A model generated the notes under the pieces. The model was not told where the DNA came from and ran no database searches. It worked only from the letters and a program-made list of their open reading frames with translations. The translations under genes and the position numbers were made by a program. From sequence record NC_041972.1: DNA of 64,000 nucleotides. The stretch is one strand, 5' to 3'. Positions 46,631 through 55,631 of the stretch are shown in pieces (the stretch's first letter is position 1; every line of letters starts with the position of its first letter).

Positions 46631-47569
46631 ATGTTAGAGTTACTGATGTTAGGACACACCACCCAAAGCGCGGGGGGTAAGCAGGAAGACATCAAGACTG
46701 ACGTCTCGGGACTCATTGCAAAATATAGCAATGCAGGATCTATCAGCGCCTTAAATATCACCGTTGGCGCCAGCGCCGGCCTTGCAGTATATGACAACCA
46801 ATTAATCCTCATTAATCCGGGTTCGATGAGCTATTATGACATCAACACCTTTGCATTAAAGAAGAGCACAACCAACAACGTCAATATCAGCGTTAGTTTT
46901 AACAGTGTTGCGCATCAGTCAGGCAAACATTGGTGGTTTGGTCAGGATCGTACTACCGCAGTAATTTACCATGCGGATTTAGAAACTGGGGTCATTACCA
47001 AATACCCTACGCCACCGGTTAAGAAAGGTATGTTCTTTGCTTATAACGGCAGGCTCTGGTTAGTAGGTGGCTGGGTGGGTAGTGTTAGTAATACCACGAC
47101 CATCTACAGCATCGACTACAGCAACCCCGTGAGTTGGAGTAGCCAGCCTTTAAACACTCCATTACCTCGTCAGTTAGCGGGTGCCTCAGCCTATTTCACT
47201 ACAAATGGTTTAGTGGCGTTTGTCGGTGGCGGAGCGGTAGGTAGTTCCGGAGATACTGATGGTACAGGCTATACCAGTGTCATGCTCTTCAATCCCGATA
47301 CGTTAACCTTCACAGGCAAGACGATCTCCACACCAATGGGTGGCGGATACCACAACCCGAACTTTGTCTTCAATGATACCGCGTACCAATTTAAATACAC
47401 CAACACCGGGCAGCGTTGGGCGTTAGGCGATGCCAGTCGGGAATCTAGCCTCAGTCCTGCGCCGATCATTGGCGGTTACCATAACGCATTCACCATTGCA
47501 GGTCGCGTTGCTTTCTACGGGAACAGTTACTCTACCAGTCCTGTTTATCTCTACGTTTTACCAGATTAA
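46631..47569 (+). CDS. Kelch-like beta-propeller protein (possibly virion-associated)
   Basis: GAGGG RBS; MLELLMLG start; repeats YNGRLWLVGGW, NGLVAFVGGG, IAGRVAFYG. Confidence 0.6.
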   Translation: MLELLMLGHTTQSAGGKQEDIKTDVSGLIAKYSNAGSISALNITVGASAGLAVYDNQLILINPGSMSYYDINTFALKKSTTNNVNISVSFNSVAHQSGKHWWFGQDRTTAVIYHADLETGVITKYPTPPVKKGMFFAYNGRLWLVGGWVGSVSNTTTIYSIDYSNPVSWSSQPLNTPLPRQLAGASAYFTTNGLVAFVGGGAVGSSGDTDGTGYTSVMLFNPDTLTFTGKTISTPMGGGYHNPNFVFNDTAYQFKYTNTGQRWALGDASRESSLSPAPIIGGYHNAFTIAGRVAFYGNSYSTSPVYLYVLPD

Positions 47570-47574
47570 GAACC

Positions 47575-47604
47575 GGAGAGGCGCATAGCCTCTCTCTTAT
47601 GCCG
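47575..47604 (+). terminator. Hairpin + TTATGCCG element
   Basis: GGAGAGGC-GCATA-GCCTCTCT-CTTATGCCG. Confidence 0.75.
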
Positions 47605-47621
47605 TCAAAAGGAAATTAACC

Positions 47622-48032
47622 ATGCGTACACTTGTTGTTGTTTTAACTGAACCGGCTGAGAACCAATCGATTGCTCTGACTATCCGTGACCCGTATCACG
47701 AGCTTACCTTTGACAAGATCGCAGGCTGGATCGAGTCAGCCACCGGTGACAGTGTATTTCGTGACAAATTCGATTTATTGTGTAACGAACACACCCTGGA
47801 AGTTTTGGTCGATGTAGTTGATGACGGCGACACGCCAACGGTGCATTTCGTCTACAGCAATACCCAGTGGAAAGATTGGGTAAAGTCAGTGGCAAAAGCT
47901 TTTGTTTACAATGACCCGCATTCTCGTAACTTCTGCACGGTGAAGGCCGCAGCCGCTTTACTGACCCGTGCGAAACCAACCCTTAGTGACCAACACAGCG
48001 ATCTGCGTGGCATTGCCTACGTCGAGGAGTAA
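47622..48032 (+). CDS. Hypothetical protein
   Basis: 136 aa, AAGGA RBS. Confidence 0.7.
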   Translation: MRTLVVVLTEPAENQSIALTIRDPYHELTFDKIAGWIESATGDSVFRDKFDLLCNEHTLEVLVDVVDDGDTPTVHFVYSNTQWKDWVKSVAKAFVYNDPHSRNFCTVKAAAALLTRAKPTLSDQHSDLRGIAYVEE

Positions 48033-48034
48033 TC

Positions 48035-48466
48035 ATGGACAACAAGATTCAAGTCGTTATCTTATCGGATGATTCGTATCAGCAACGCTTCCTGTTCCTG
48101 GAAGTCCCTGCGCTCGTGAACAACACCGATACCGACATCACCGTCCGCAAGCTTATTAATGAAGCGACCGCAAAAGGACGCCCTGATTTTAACGTCTCTC
48201 TGATCAGTGCAGGGATCGGTATGATTGCCGGCTCCAATAATGTTACCATGGAATACCAGATCAAAGCGAACTGCTCAGGTGCCGCTGGTGAGATCGCTGA
48301 GTATATCCGCACCGTAGGTAACTACGAGCGGGTACAGGTAGCAACTAAACCCCACATCGCTCTGGCAATGCTACACAACGAAGACTGGGTAGGTAAGCAA
48401 ACCATCGATCTGATGGATGCAACGCCATTCCTGACCATCACTCCAGTTACTGAAGAGACCTGCTAA
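48035..48466 (+). CDS. Hypothetical protein
   Basis: 143 aa, GAGGAG RBS. Confidence 0.7.
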   Translation: MDNKIQVVILSDDSYQQRFLFLEVPALVNNTDTDITVRKLINEATAKGRPDFNVSLISAGIGMIAGSNNVTMEYQIKANCSGAAGEIAEYIRTVGNYERVQVATKPHIALAMLHNEDWVGKQTIDLMDATPFLTITPVTEETC

Positions 48467-48467
48467 C

Positions 48468-49421
48468 ATGGCTGAAGTCATTAAACGCTCGCCGGGGATG
48501 AATCACCATCCGGCACACCCTGGTATCTGGGTGCCCTTCGAAAGCTATCGTCTGAAAGACTACTACGACATCAAACTGAAAACCGGTGAGGTGTATAAGT
48601 GCTGGTACCCGAACGCCACCGCCTGGTCACCCCGGGGTGAATTGGTCGAAGGTCAGCCGGGTCGGGTAGAAGATGATGACGTGGTGGAGATCCGCCTGTT
48701 ACCCGATGAAGAGATCACTGACCGTTATTGGTTCAAAGGCGAAGATCGTCTGAAGCGCAATATCGATTTCTTTGGCGATGTGTTGCCGGAAGTGATCACC
48801 GCAGAAGATGGCACGGTAACCTTTAAACCGATCACCCGTCGCGTGTTTGATGAGTTGGTGACCAGTAGTTGGGATGGCGAGAAAGCGATCTGGCTACGGG
48901 AGGATGAGTTATCCGTCGAGGAGCTCAAGACCAGGCTCTGGAGTGAGAAGGGTGACATCGATCCTGATTCGATACTGGGTCGGTCATTCACCACTTATCT
49001 GACACTACTCTGCACCCAGGCCAAGTACGAGCTTGAGTTGCTGGAAGTGCCGTGGAAGGGCAGTACGTTCTACATGAACCTGATGAGCGCCACTGACTAT
49101 CAGCGTGAAGCGTGTCTGAATGCAGTGGTCAAACTTGAAGAGTTGGCCGCACAGAAGCAGGCTGAGGGGCGTTTACCTTCTACGCCTTGTCGTGGCGTTG
49201 TTCCTCATCTGCGTAAACAGCGTGCGGCGGTCACAGCAGCGGTGCATACATTGGTATCTGCCTTGGATCGTAAAGCGATAGCTGGCGCCAAGCACATGAA
49301 AGGTGATCGCTTTGTCACCAAAGGCGAAGCACGGGTAGTCGATGGTCAGAAACTGACCGGGAAGCAATTACGTAAACTGCAGAAGAAACAACGGAGGGCT
49401 GAACGTGGAACAGTCGAATGA
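48468..49421 (+). CDS. Hypothetical protein with basic C-terminal helix
   Basis: 317 aa; ends GKQLRKLQKKQRRAERG. Confidence 0.7.
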   Translation: MAEVIKRSPGMNHHPAHPGIWVPFESYRLKDYYDIKLKTGEVYKCWYPNATAWSPRGELVEGQPGRVEDDDVVEIRLLPDEEITDRYWFKGEDRLKRNIDFFGDVLPEVITAEDGTVTFKPITRRVFDELVTSSWDGEKAIWLREDELSVEELKTRLWSEKGDIDPDSILGRSFTTYLTLLCTQAKYELELLEVPWKGSTFYMNLMSATDYQREACLNAVVKLEELAAQKQAEGRLPSTPCRGVVPHLRKQRAAVTAAVHTLVSALDRKAIAGAKHMKGDRFVTKGEARVVDGQKLTGKQLRKLQKKQRRAERGTVE

Positions 49422-49713
49422 AGAAATCAAACTGATCAGTGGTGATGAAGAACGTGGCGAAGCTTCGTATTTAGTCGAAAGTGAATACGAAGCCCGTGAC
49501 GCGTATCAACATTTCATTGAGCACTATACTGGCGATTCAATCACCGATGGCGAAGATCAGTGGCACACGGTTGCCAGTGAAGGATTCCTCAGTGACCTTG
49601 ACTATCCGGTGATTGTGATCTTCTACATCAACTGGGATCATGCTGACCGTCACGAAGTGAAGTCCGTTCCCGTCAATGGTTTGAGTGCGCTTGCGCCTCA
49701 TCTGTTCAAATAA
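49405..49713 (+). CDS. Small acidic hypothetical protein
   Basis: GTG start with GGAGG RBS. Confidence 0.6.
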   Translation: MEQSNEEIKLISGDEERGEASYLVESEYEARDAYQHFIEHYTGDSITDGEDQWHTVASEGFLSDLDYPVIVIFYINWDHADRHEVKSVPVNGLSALAPHLFK

Positions 49714-49738
49714 GTTCCATTAACCCAAAGAGGTAATT

Positions 49739-50032
49739 ATGTCGTTCACACTGTCAAAGAAACTCGTTCCTGTTCTGCTCACCGCGAAAGACGGCCGTAA
49801 GTACGCCGTTGTTAATGGCGGTAACCGCGCCAAGCTGACCCTCGGCTTTGATGACGGGATCAGTCAGGAGGTTGCTGTGCCTTCTGAGCAGATTCCTGAA
49901 GAAGCGCGCACCAACGGCACCAAACTGTATTTCGATGCAGAAGGTGCGGTGACGGGCTGGGATGCAGCACCGGGTGGAAAGACGAAGTCAAGCACGACTG
50001 CCGGATCAATGACCATGCGTCGTCCTGGCTAA
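49739..50032 (+). CDS. Small hypothetical protein
   Basis: 97 aa, GAGG RBS. Confidence 0.7.
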   Translation: MSFTLSKKLVPVLLTAKDGRKYAVVNGGNRAKLTLGFDDGISQEVAVPSEQIPEEARTNGTKLYFDAEGAVTGWDAAPGGKTKSSTTAGSMTMRRPG

Positions 50033-50040
50033 ACCATCAG

Positions 50041-50066
50041 GGGGAGGGAAACCTCCCCTTATGCCG
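50041..50066 (+). terminator. Hairpin + TTATGCCG element
   Basis: GGGGAGG-GAAA-CCTCCCC-TTATGCCG. Confidence 0.75.
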
Positions 50067-50078
50067 TATGGAGGGGTT

Positions 50079-50609
50079 ATGAGTTTATTGATCTACACTG
50101 ACGGGCTGTTAATCGGTGATCGTCGGGGAACACGTAATGCAGAGCATGAGCGATTCATCCGTGACATGAAGAAGACCCATGTTTCGAAATGCAAACGCTT
50201 AGCGTTAGGGGTGGTAGGGGAAGAGATTCATCCAACAGATCTGCCAAAGGTGATGACCTTCTTTATTAACTCGCTGACCGATCACTATCACCGTGAGCAT
50301 GATGTGGGCTATGCCCACAGTTATAGCGAAGAAGAGTCATTGGTAGCTGGCCTTGAGAATCGTCGTTTTATCCTGATGACAGCTGACCGGGCGTTTATCA
50401 TTAACTTCGGCTCTTTGACTGAGATCACTCACGAGCCCTGGTATTGCTCAGGTAACGGAATGGCGATGGCCGATGTCTTTCTGACTGCAGGGATGTCGCC
50501 AGGGAAAGTAATTGAAGCGGTAGCCAAACTCAATCTGGAAGTGGGGCATTCATTTACCCGTGTCGAACAGTCTCGCTTAAAACCCTTGATTAAGAAGGTG
50601 GAAGAATGA
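50079..50609 (+). CDS. Ntn-hydrolase/HslV-like fold protein (putative)
   Basis: GGAGGGG RBS; MSLLIYTDGLLIGDRR N-terminal strands and CSGNGMAMA..AGMSPGKVIEAVAK resemble HslV-like AIGSG..A.GA..AVE.A. Confidence 0.45.
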   Translation: MSLLIYTDGLLIGDRRGTRNAEHERFIRDMKKTHVSKCKRLALGVVGEEIHPTDLPKVMTFFINSLTDHYHREHDVGYAHSYSEEESLVAGLENRRFILMTADRAFIINFGSLTEITHEPWYCSGNGMAMADVFLTAGMSPGKVIEAVAKLNLEVGHSFTRVEQSRLKPLIKKVEE

Positions 50610-51124
50610 GTGGCATATTCGCAGCCCAAGGACGTAACCTGGTGTTTCCTACTCAACTGGAGAAAAGGAGTGGGCTTTACTACACCCCGCCTCCTGAAGC
50701 GTGCTGGATGCCCTGGGGGCGTTACTTCCCACTGTCAGCAACCAGCTTCAATATCCTCGAGCATTTCATGACCGGAGAAGATCTGCCACGGGAGAGTTCA
50801 TACTCGACGCACGTGCTCGGTATTCTGGTCACACCAAACGGACTGATCTACGAATACATCAATACCGTTGAAGGGATTAGACGGCGGGTTGTTCCTTTGG
50901 GTAAAGGTGCAGTGTATTGTCGCTCCGATGATCCATTGCTGGAAGAAGCTATGACAGCAGCGATGGTAGTCCATGACCAGCTGGTTGACGCCATTACACT
51001 GGTAGGGAAGTCCCGCAAACTGATGACCCATCAGTACAAATATACAACACTGGACAAAGTATATGCGGAAATAAAGGAACGTAAAATTGTCCTGCAACCG
51101 CCCACGAGGAATAATCTAATTTAA
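50606..51124 (+). CDS. Hypothetical protein, possible distant partner/paralog of 50079
   Basis: ATGA coupling; similar size and secondary-structure pattern. Confidence 0.55.
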   Translation: MSGIFAAQGRNLVFPTQLEKRSGLYYTPPPEACWMPWGRYFPLSATSFNILEHFMTGEDLPRESSYSTHVLGILVTPNGLIYEYINTVEGIRRRVVPLGKGAVYCRSDDPLLEEAMTAAMVVHDQLVDAITLVGKSRKLMTHQYKYTTLDKVYAEIKERKIVLQPPTRNNLI

Positions 51125-51149
51125 CCCCTGTTTATATAGAAAGGAAAAT

Positions 51150-51596
51150 ATGAACAACTTTATTAACGATGCTTTAGATATCATTGAACTTAACGAAAGT
51201 AGTGCACGTACTGAACTCTGCCGCAAGCAGGAAGCTTCGTTACCGGCCTATATTCTCAAACTGGCGACCCGACTGGCCAAGAAGATTGCCTATGCAGTTC
51301 GCTTAATGGAGAAACGCGATGAAGGGTATGTTCGTCTTGGTACTTATAGCGATCGCTGGTTACTCTGTTTTGGTGACCGCATCAGCCGTTATGGCATGCA
51401 TACGTCGGGTAAGCATGCGCTCTATCTTACCTTGGATTGGGCTACTTTTATCCGTGACCATAAGTTATTTGACGTGGCAAATCACCTACTTCAATTGGCT
51501 CTGGGCAAGTTGCTTCCTGGGCATTGTGTGTTACTGGGCGGTGAAACACCCAAACACGAATTCGAGTTCGTGATCTGCAAACAAACAATAAAATAA
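51150..51596 (+). CDS. Hypothetical protein
   Basis: 148 aa, AAAGGA RBS. Confidence 0.65.
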   Translation: MNNFINDALDIIELNESSARTELCRKQEASLPAYILKLATRLAKKIAYAVRLMEKRDEGYVRLGTYSDRWLLCFGDRISRYGMHTSGKHALYLTLDWATFIRDHKLFDVANHLLQLALGKLLPGHCVLLGGETPKHEFEFVICKQTIK

Positions 51597-51607
51597 GAGA
51601 GGGCGCC

Positions 51608-52027
51608 ATGCCACAGCGTGGTACAACACCGAGCTTTGCAGAATTCACACAGCAAGAACTGGCAGAGAAGGTAATCCCGATACTGCCAGACTACTGTAAC
51701 CGTCTTTGTGGGGTCATGATCAGCACATGCTTTGCACATCGCGTTGGGCTTACTGACAAATCTGTACTGCGTTTTGCTGAGTATCACTTCAACCCCACGC
51801 CCGACCTAGCGCGACAAACAGACTGGTCGGTGGAAGTGCGAAGTGAGCAGTGTGTGGTTTATGAGCTCAACATCCCCAAGTTTGTCCACGAGGCTGGATT
51901 GGTAAAGCAGTTTTTAGATATCCTCTCCAGCCATCTTGAACTTTATTTCACTGACAGCAAGGTACTCCTCGGTCATGTACTCCCGCCGTGCTTCCTTACT
52001 ATCCGCATTGAGAAAACAACACCATGA
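51608..52027 (+). CDS. Hypothetical protein
   Basis: 139 aa, GAGGG RBS. Confidence 0.65.
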   Translation: MPQRGTTPSFAEFTQQELAEKVIPILPDYCNRLCGVMISTCFAHRVGLTDKSVLRFAEYHFNPTPDLARQTDWSVEVRSEQCVVYELNIPKFVHEAGLVKQFLDILSSHLELYFTDSKVLLGHVLPPCFLTIRIEKTTP

Positions 52028-52791
52028 ATCTTTATCTCGTCTCTGACAGTCGTTATACCCCGCCAGGTGATTTCTACAACAACTGGCTAGTCCACGCTAA
52101 TAGTCGTGACAATGCCGCGATGTTGTGTAATTCACGTTGTCTGGTTGATACCTTTGAGATCGGTAGCCTGAACTACAACAACGGCGAACTGATCATGATG
52201 CACAAGACCGTCCAGCACACGGATGAACCGCGTCTGAAGCAGAAAGTTGGTGATGCACTGTATTATCCTTTAACGGTATCACCTGACAGCAGTGCCTTTG
52301 ACCGTATCATTGGTGAGATCGTGAACAAAGCCGCCTCTCCGTTACCGGAAGGTGTCTCTGTCGATCGCCTTCTCATCAATGCTGACAGTCCTGAAGCGCT
52401 GTTCTTTATCTCGCGCCATGACTTTGGTAGTTCGCGTTGTTACTACAAAATCCCCAGTGAACTCGACAGCCAGATCTCTAAACTGCTGGACTTCAATAAA
52501 GGCGAGCGTATTCCCCGTACGTCCCACGAACCGGTTGCGCTCTCCTGGCGCAGTCGGCTCTCCCTCATGATCGCGCGTCAGCATGATGATGCGTACAACC
52601 ATGAGAAGCTGGAGATCTACCGTAAAATGGCATTTGATCTGGTAGCTGCTGCGACTGACCACGAGAACGCTGCACTCGCGATACTGGACCCGGACCAACC
52701 CGAATTCAAAGTCTGGATGCCGGGAATTGATGAAGAGAAGATCCATCAAGCGCTGGATGCGTTTGGCGCACCACGTCAGTTAGGGGAATAG
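52024..52791 (+). CDS. Hypothetical protein
   Basis: 255 aa, ATGA coupling. Confidence 0.7.
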   Translation: MNLYLVSDSRYTPPGDFYNNWLVHANSRDNAAMLCNSRCLVDTFEIGSLNYNNGELIMMHKTVQHTDEPRLKQKVGDALYYPLTVSPDSSAFDRIIGEIVNKAASPLPEGVSVDRLLINADSPEALFFISRHDFGSSRCYYKIPSELDSQISKLLDFNKGERIPRTSHEPVALSWRSRLSLMIARQHDDAYNHEKLEIYRKMAFDLVAAATDHENAALAILDPDQPEFKVWMPGIDEEKIHQALDAFGAPRQLGE

Positions 52792-52802
52792 CCTATTATA
52801 TA

Positions 52803-52916
52803 GGTTGTAACTCAATGGGATGGTGATCACATCTTCCGCGGGTGAGGGTTAGAACCCGGCTGTGGCCGCATAGCCAAAGTCGGTTAATCAAAGTCGACGG
52901 ATTTGGATTACCCGGC
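52803..52916 (+). ncRNA. Degenerate tRNA-like remnant(s); not a canonical tRNA
   Basis: D-loop-like TAACTCAATGG, imperfect CACAT-CTTCCGC-GGGTG arm, T-arm-like GGGTTAGAACCC, then second D-loop-like TAGCCAAAGTCGGTTAA; stems are broken. Confidence 0.25.
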
Positions 52917-52976
52917 GTGACTTGTCATTGTTTCACTTTGTTCTACTACACAAACAGCTCAACTCTCTCATAATTC

Positions 52977-53007
52977 AAGGGGTGGGGTAACTCACCCCTT
53001 TATGCCG
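52977..53007 (+). terminator. Hairpin + TATGCCG element
   Basis: AAGGGGTGGG-GTAA-CTCACCCCTT-TATGCCG. Confidence 0.75.
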
Positions 53008-53022
53008 CAAGGATCTATTATC

Positions 53023-53355
53023 ATGCAAGAACTCTTTAAAAACTACGGTCCGTACATTTTCGATGTGCTCATTTTCGTCATGGTGTTCGCCTGGTGCTTC
53101 TGTGGCAGTGGCGGTACGCGTGATGCTAAGACCAAGAAGGCACGTTACGGTATTCCTACTGCTGTAGCGCTGGCGGTGGTGCTGGTGATCCATGGGTTGG
53201 GTCGTTTTGACGCCTATCTGGAGAAAGGCACTTGTGATGACTTACCGCCCGGCACTGGTGTGATGATCCATGACAAGTGTTACAAGCAAATCGACGGGTC
53301 AGGGTACGTGCCGGTAAATACTACGGTGTATAGAAAGGACGGTGAACATGGATGA
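53023..53355 (+). CDS. Small two-TM membrane protein
   Basis: AAGGA RBS; two hydrophobic helices and a C-terminal Cys pair. Confidence 0.65.
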   Translation: MQELFKNYGPYIFDVLIFVMVFAWCFCGSGGTRDAKTKKARYGIPTAVALAVVLVIHGLGRFDAYLEKGTCDDLPPGTGVMIHDKCYKQIDGSGYVPVNTTVYRKDGEHG

Positions 53356-53551
53356 TCTGTGGCTGTACATTTCAATCTTTATCCTCTGTTACGTCTGGGC
53401 GCTGTTCAAACTACCACCTACAGGTAATAAAAGAAAGTATTACCTGTACCCTGGTATCGTCTCGTTAGCGTTCTGCTTAGGGGTAACTGCCATAAAACAT
53501 TGCAGTGATTCAACCGCCCAATACCAATCGCTTTACGCGACACGACAATAA
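53348..53551 (+). CDS. Small two-TM membrane protein
   Basis: Overlaps upstream stop; two hydrophobic helices. Confidence 0.6.
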   Translation: MDDLWLYISIFILCYVWALFKLPPTGNKRKYYLYPGIVSLAFCLGVTAIKHCSDSTAQYQSLYATRQ

Positions 53552-53554
53552 CGG

Positions 53555-53582
53555 GAGGAGGCTTTGGCCTCCTCTTATGCCG
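53555..53582 (+). terminator. Hairpin + TTATGCCG element
   Basis: GAGGAGGC-TTTG-GCCTCCTC-TTATGCCG. Confidence 0.75.
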
Positions 53583-53652
53583 ACTATTCTTTTTTGGTTA
53601 TTTCCTACATCTACCCGCAAATCATTTAGCCCATTATACGCTGGAGTTATTC

Positions 53653-54204
53653 ATGGAAAAGATTACGAGTGATACGATCCTTGCTAAGTTACGTGAGGTG
53701 GCAGAAACAAACAAAGAAAACCAACATCGGAAACTCCGCTCAATAAGCCAAACCATGGCGTACAACATTGAAGCGATCGTCGAGTTGATTGCGTTATCGG
53801 GTGAGATGTACCTTGATCTGCTTGATCGACACAAGGTTGATGAGATTATAGAACCGCATTACAAAGGCAATCAACGGGCTTACAGTCGATTGAGCCATAC
53901 CGCCTCTATTCACACGGGCATGGAGTACCTTGCCGGCAACGCGCACATCTACACCAACGATGAGGGTAAAGAAGCAGTACGAATCGTCTGCACCTTTAAG
54001 TTTAAGCGCGACTTCCTGCAACCTAGCTTATTACCTAAGGTACTTCACTACTGTCTGCAGGAGCTTAAGCCGCAACTTGGTGACAGTGGTGTTGTCCACT
54101 TCCGCACACAGGGTGAGCTGGAACCCCCTCATCTTAAAGCCATTCCGGGCTGGCACGTCGACGCTAACGTCCGTGATAACTCCATTGTCATTAGTTTACG
54201 TTAA
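53653..54204 (+). CDS. Hypothetical protein
   Basis: 183 aa, GGAG RBS. Confidence 0.7.
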   Translation: MEKITSDTILAKLREVAETNKENQHRKLRSISQTMAYNIEAIVELIALSGEMYLDLLDRHKVDEIIEPHYKGNQRAYSRLSHTASIHTGMEYLAGNAHIYTNDEGKEAVRIVCTFKFKRDFLQPSLLPKVLHYCLQELKPQLGDSGVVHFRTQGELEPPHLKAIPGWHVDANVRDNSIVISLR

Positions 54205-54214
54205 GGAACCAAAC

Positions 54215-54925
54215 ATGATCGTTGTTGTTGTTGATACTGAATCGACTGCTTTGGATGAGCTCGCGGGTATTCTGAGTTTGTCCGCTATTCGCACTAACGT
54301 GGCTGACATGAGTTGCATTAAGCACCTGATCGGCGTGCACCAAGCCGGCAAGACGCATGACGACATCTTCCATGCCGTATTGAACCTCAATGAACAATAC
54401 GTGATGGGTCGTACCTTCTTGCAAAGCACGCAGGATTGGTGGATGAAGAAAACCACCCCGGCGGCGAAGGCTTCAGTAACCGGACCAACGCAGTCTGCAA
54501 AAGATGCTTTGACAGCATTTGTGGTTTTCATCGAAAAGGCCATTGAGGCGACGATTAACGAACGCGGGGAGAAAGCGAAGGTCCAGCTGTACTACCGTGG
54601 CGACTTCGATGCTAAAGCCATTGCGTCCCTGGCAAAAGCGGTGGGTGTTGAACTCCCGTATATTTTCAATCAGAACAAAGAAATCCGCACATATATCGAT
54701 GCCAAGCTGGACACGGATATCGGTTATATCCCGTGGCTCGGTTACCCAGAAGGACTGGGGCGCCATAGCTCACTCGATGATGTTCTAATCGATGGCTTCG
54801 AGATGGCGGTGGCCTATCGCATCAATCACCTCGAAAAGTTCGATAAAAAGTCGGTGCCGGGCGAGATCGCCAAACTGAAAGAAACGTACCCTGTTCCGGA
54901 GAAAACCCATGCAAAATCTAAATGA
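54215..54925 (+). CDS. DEDDh 3'-5' exonuclease (T4 DexA-like)
   Basis: AAGGA RBS at ATG 54215; VVVDTEST (ExoI), GDFDAKAI (ExoII), EIRTY, HSSLDD (ExoIII). Confidence 0.8.
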   Translation: MIVVVVDTESTALDELAGILSLSAIRTNVADMSCIKHLIGVHQAGKTHDDIFHAVLNLNEQYVMGRTFLQSTQDWWMKKTTPAAKASVTGPTQSAKDALTAFVVFIEKAIEATINERGEKAKVQLYYRGDFDAKAIASLAKAVGVELPYIFNQNKEIRTYIDAKLDTDIGYIPWLGYPEGLGRHSSLDDVLIDGFEMAVAYRINHLEKFDKKSVPGEIAKLKETYPVPEKTHAKSK

Positions 54926-55631
54926 CCGTATCTTTGCCAATTATGATGGTTACATTGAAGCTATTGATGCACATTTTAAACCTACCTATCAACTGCAGCT
55001 GGCTGAGCAAGTCATCCCGGTTGAGCAGATGGACAAGCTTGTAACCTGGATGGACCACAACGCCCATGTCAAGGGCACAACCGTCTACCTGATGGAGTTG
55101 GTGCCTGATCTCGATAAACCGCATCCTGCACAATCAGAGATGCGTGTGTTTATTGCACTCGGTATGTTTAATCGTGAAGTCAACCCTGATTTGCCTTACT
55201 GGTGTCATGTACATCGCCATTACCCGGTTAACCTCGCTGTCGACTTGATTGTTACTGACCTGCAGGGCGTTCCTGTAACCCATGCCGTTCTGACTGCGTT
55301 TAAGTCATTTGATCGAGCGCGTACCTACAGGGATAATCTCGGCGGCAAAGGTGGGCATCAACCGCATCACGAAATCCATACTGGCATTATTGACCAAAGT
55401 GGTAAGGTGATCTTCGAAACCTACGGGAATATCAACTGGTATACCAAGAATGCCATTCGCCTGCTGGCTGAACGACAGATCTTGCAGGAAGACACTGAAC
55501 TGTCGGCAATCTGGTTACTGGCTGGTTTAAAAGCGGGTGTTAACTGGAAAGTCGAAGACCATGTTGACATCATGAAAGCAATCGATACTTTCCGTCCGAG
55601 GAATACCCATGATTTTAACGGCTATGTTTAA
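54909..55631 (+). CDS. Hypothetical protein
   Basis: 240 aa, overlaps upstream gene end. Confidence 0.65.
   Translation: MQNLNDRIFANYDGYIEAIDAHFKPTYQLQLAEQVIPVEQMDKLVTWMDHNAHVKGTTVYLMELVPDLDKPHPAQSEMRVFIALGMFNREVNPDLPYWCHVHRHYPVNLAVDLIVTDLQGVPVTHAVLTAFKSFDRARTYRDNLGGKGGHQPHHEIHTGIIDQSGKVIFETYGNINWYTKNAIRLLAERQILQEDTELSAIWLLAGLKAGVNWKVEDHVDIMKAIDTFRPRNTHDFNGYV

Noticed and set aside
52860-52976. Functional (permuted) tmRNA partnering the phage SspB
   Set aside because: Only a short resemblance; no GGGG 5' acceptor strand, G3-U70 pair, CCA end or tag frame ending in Ala-Ala.
46580-53022. ATG inside TATGCCG as true start codons (track ORFs 46580, 50061, 53002)
   Set aside because: Only about 3 of the + strand copies are in frame with the next gene, as expected by chance; each gene has a better RBS-linked ATG downstream.
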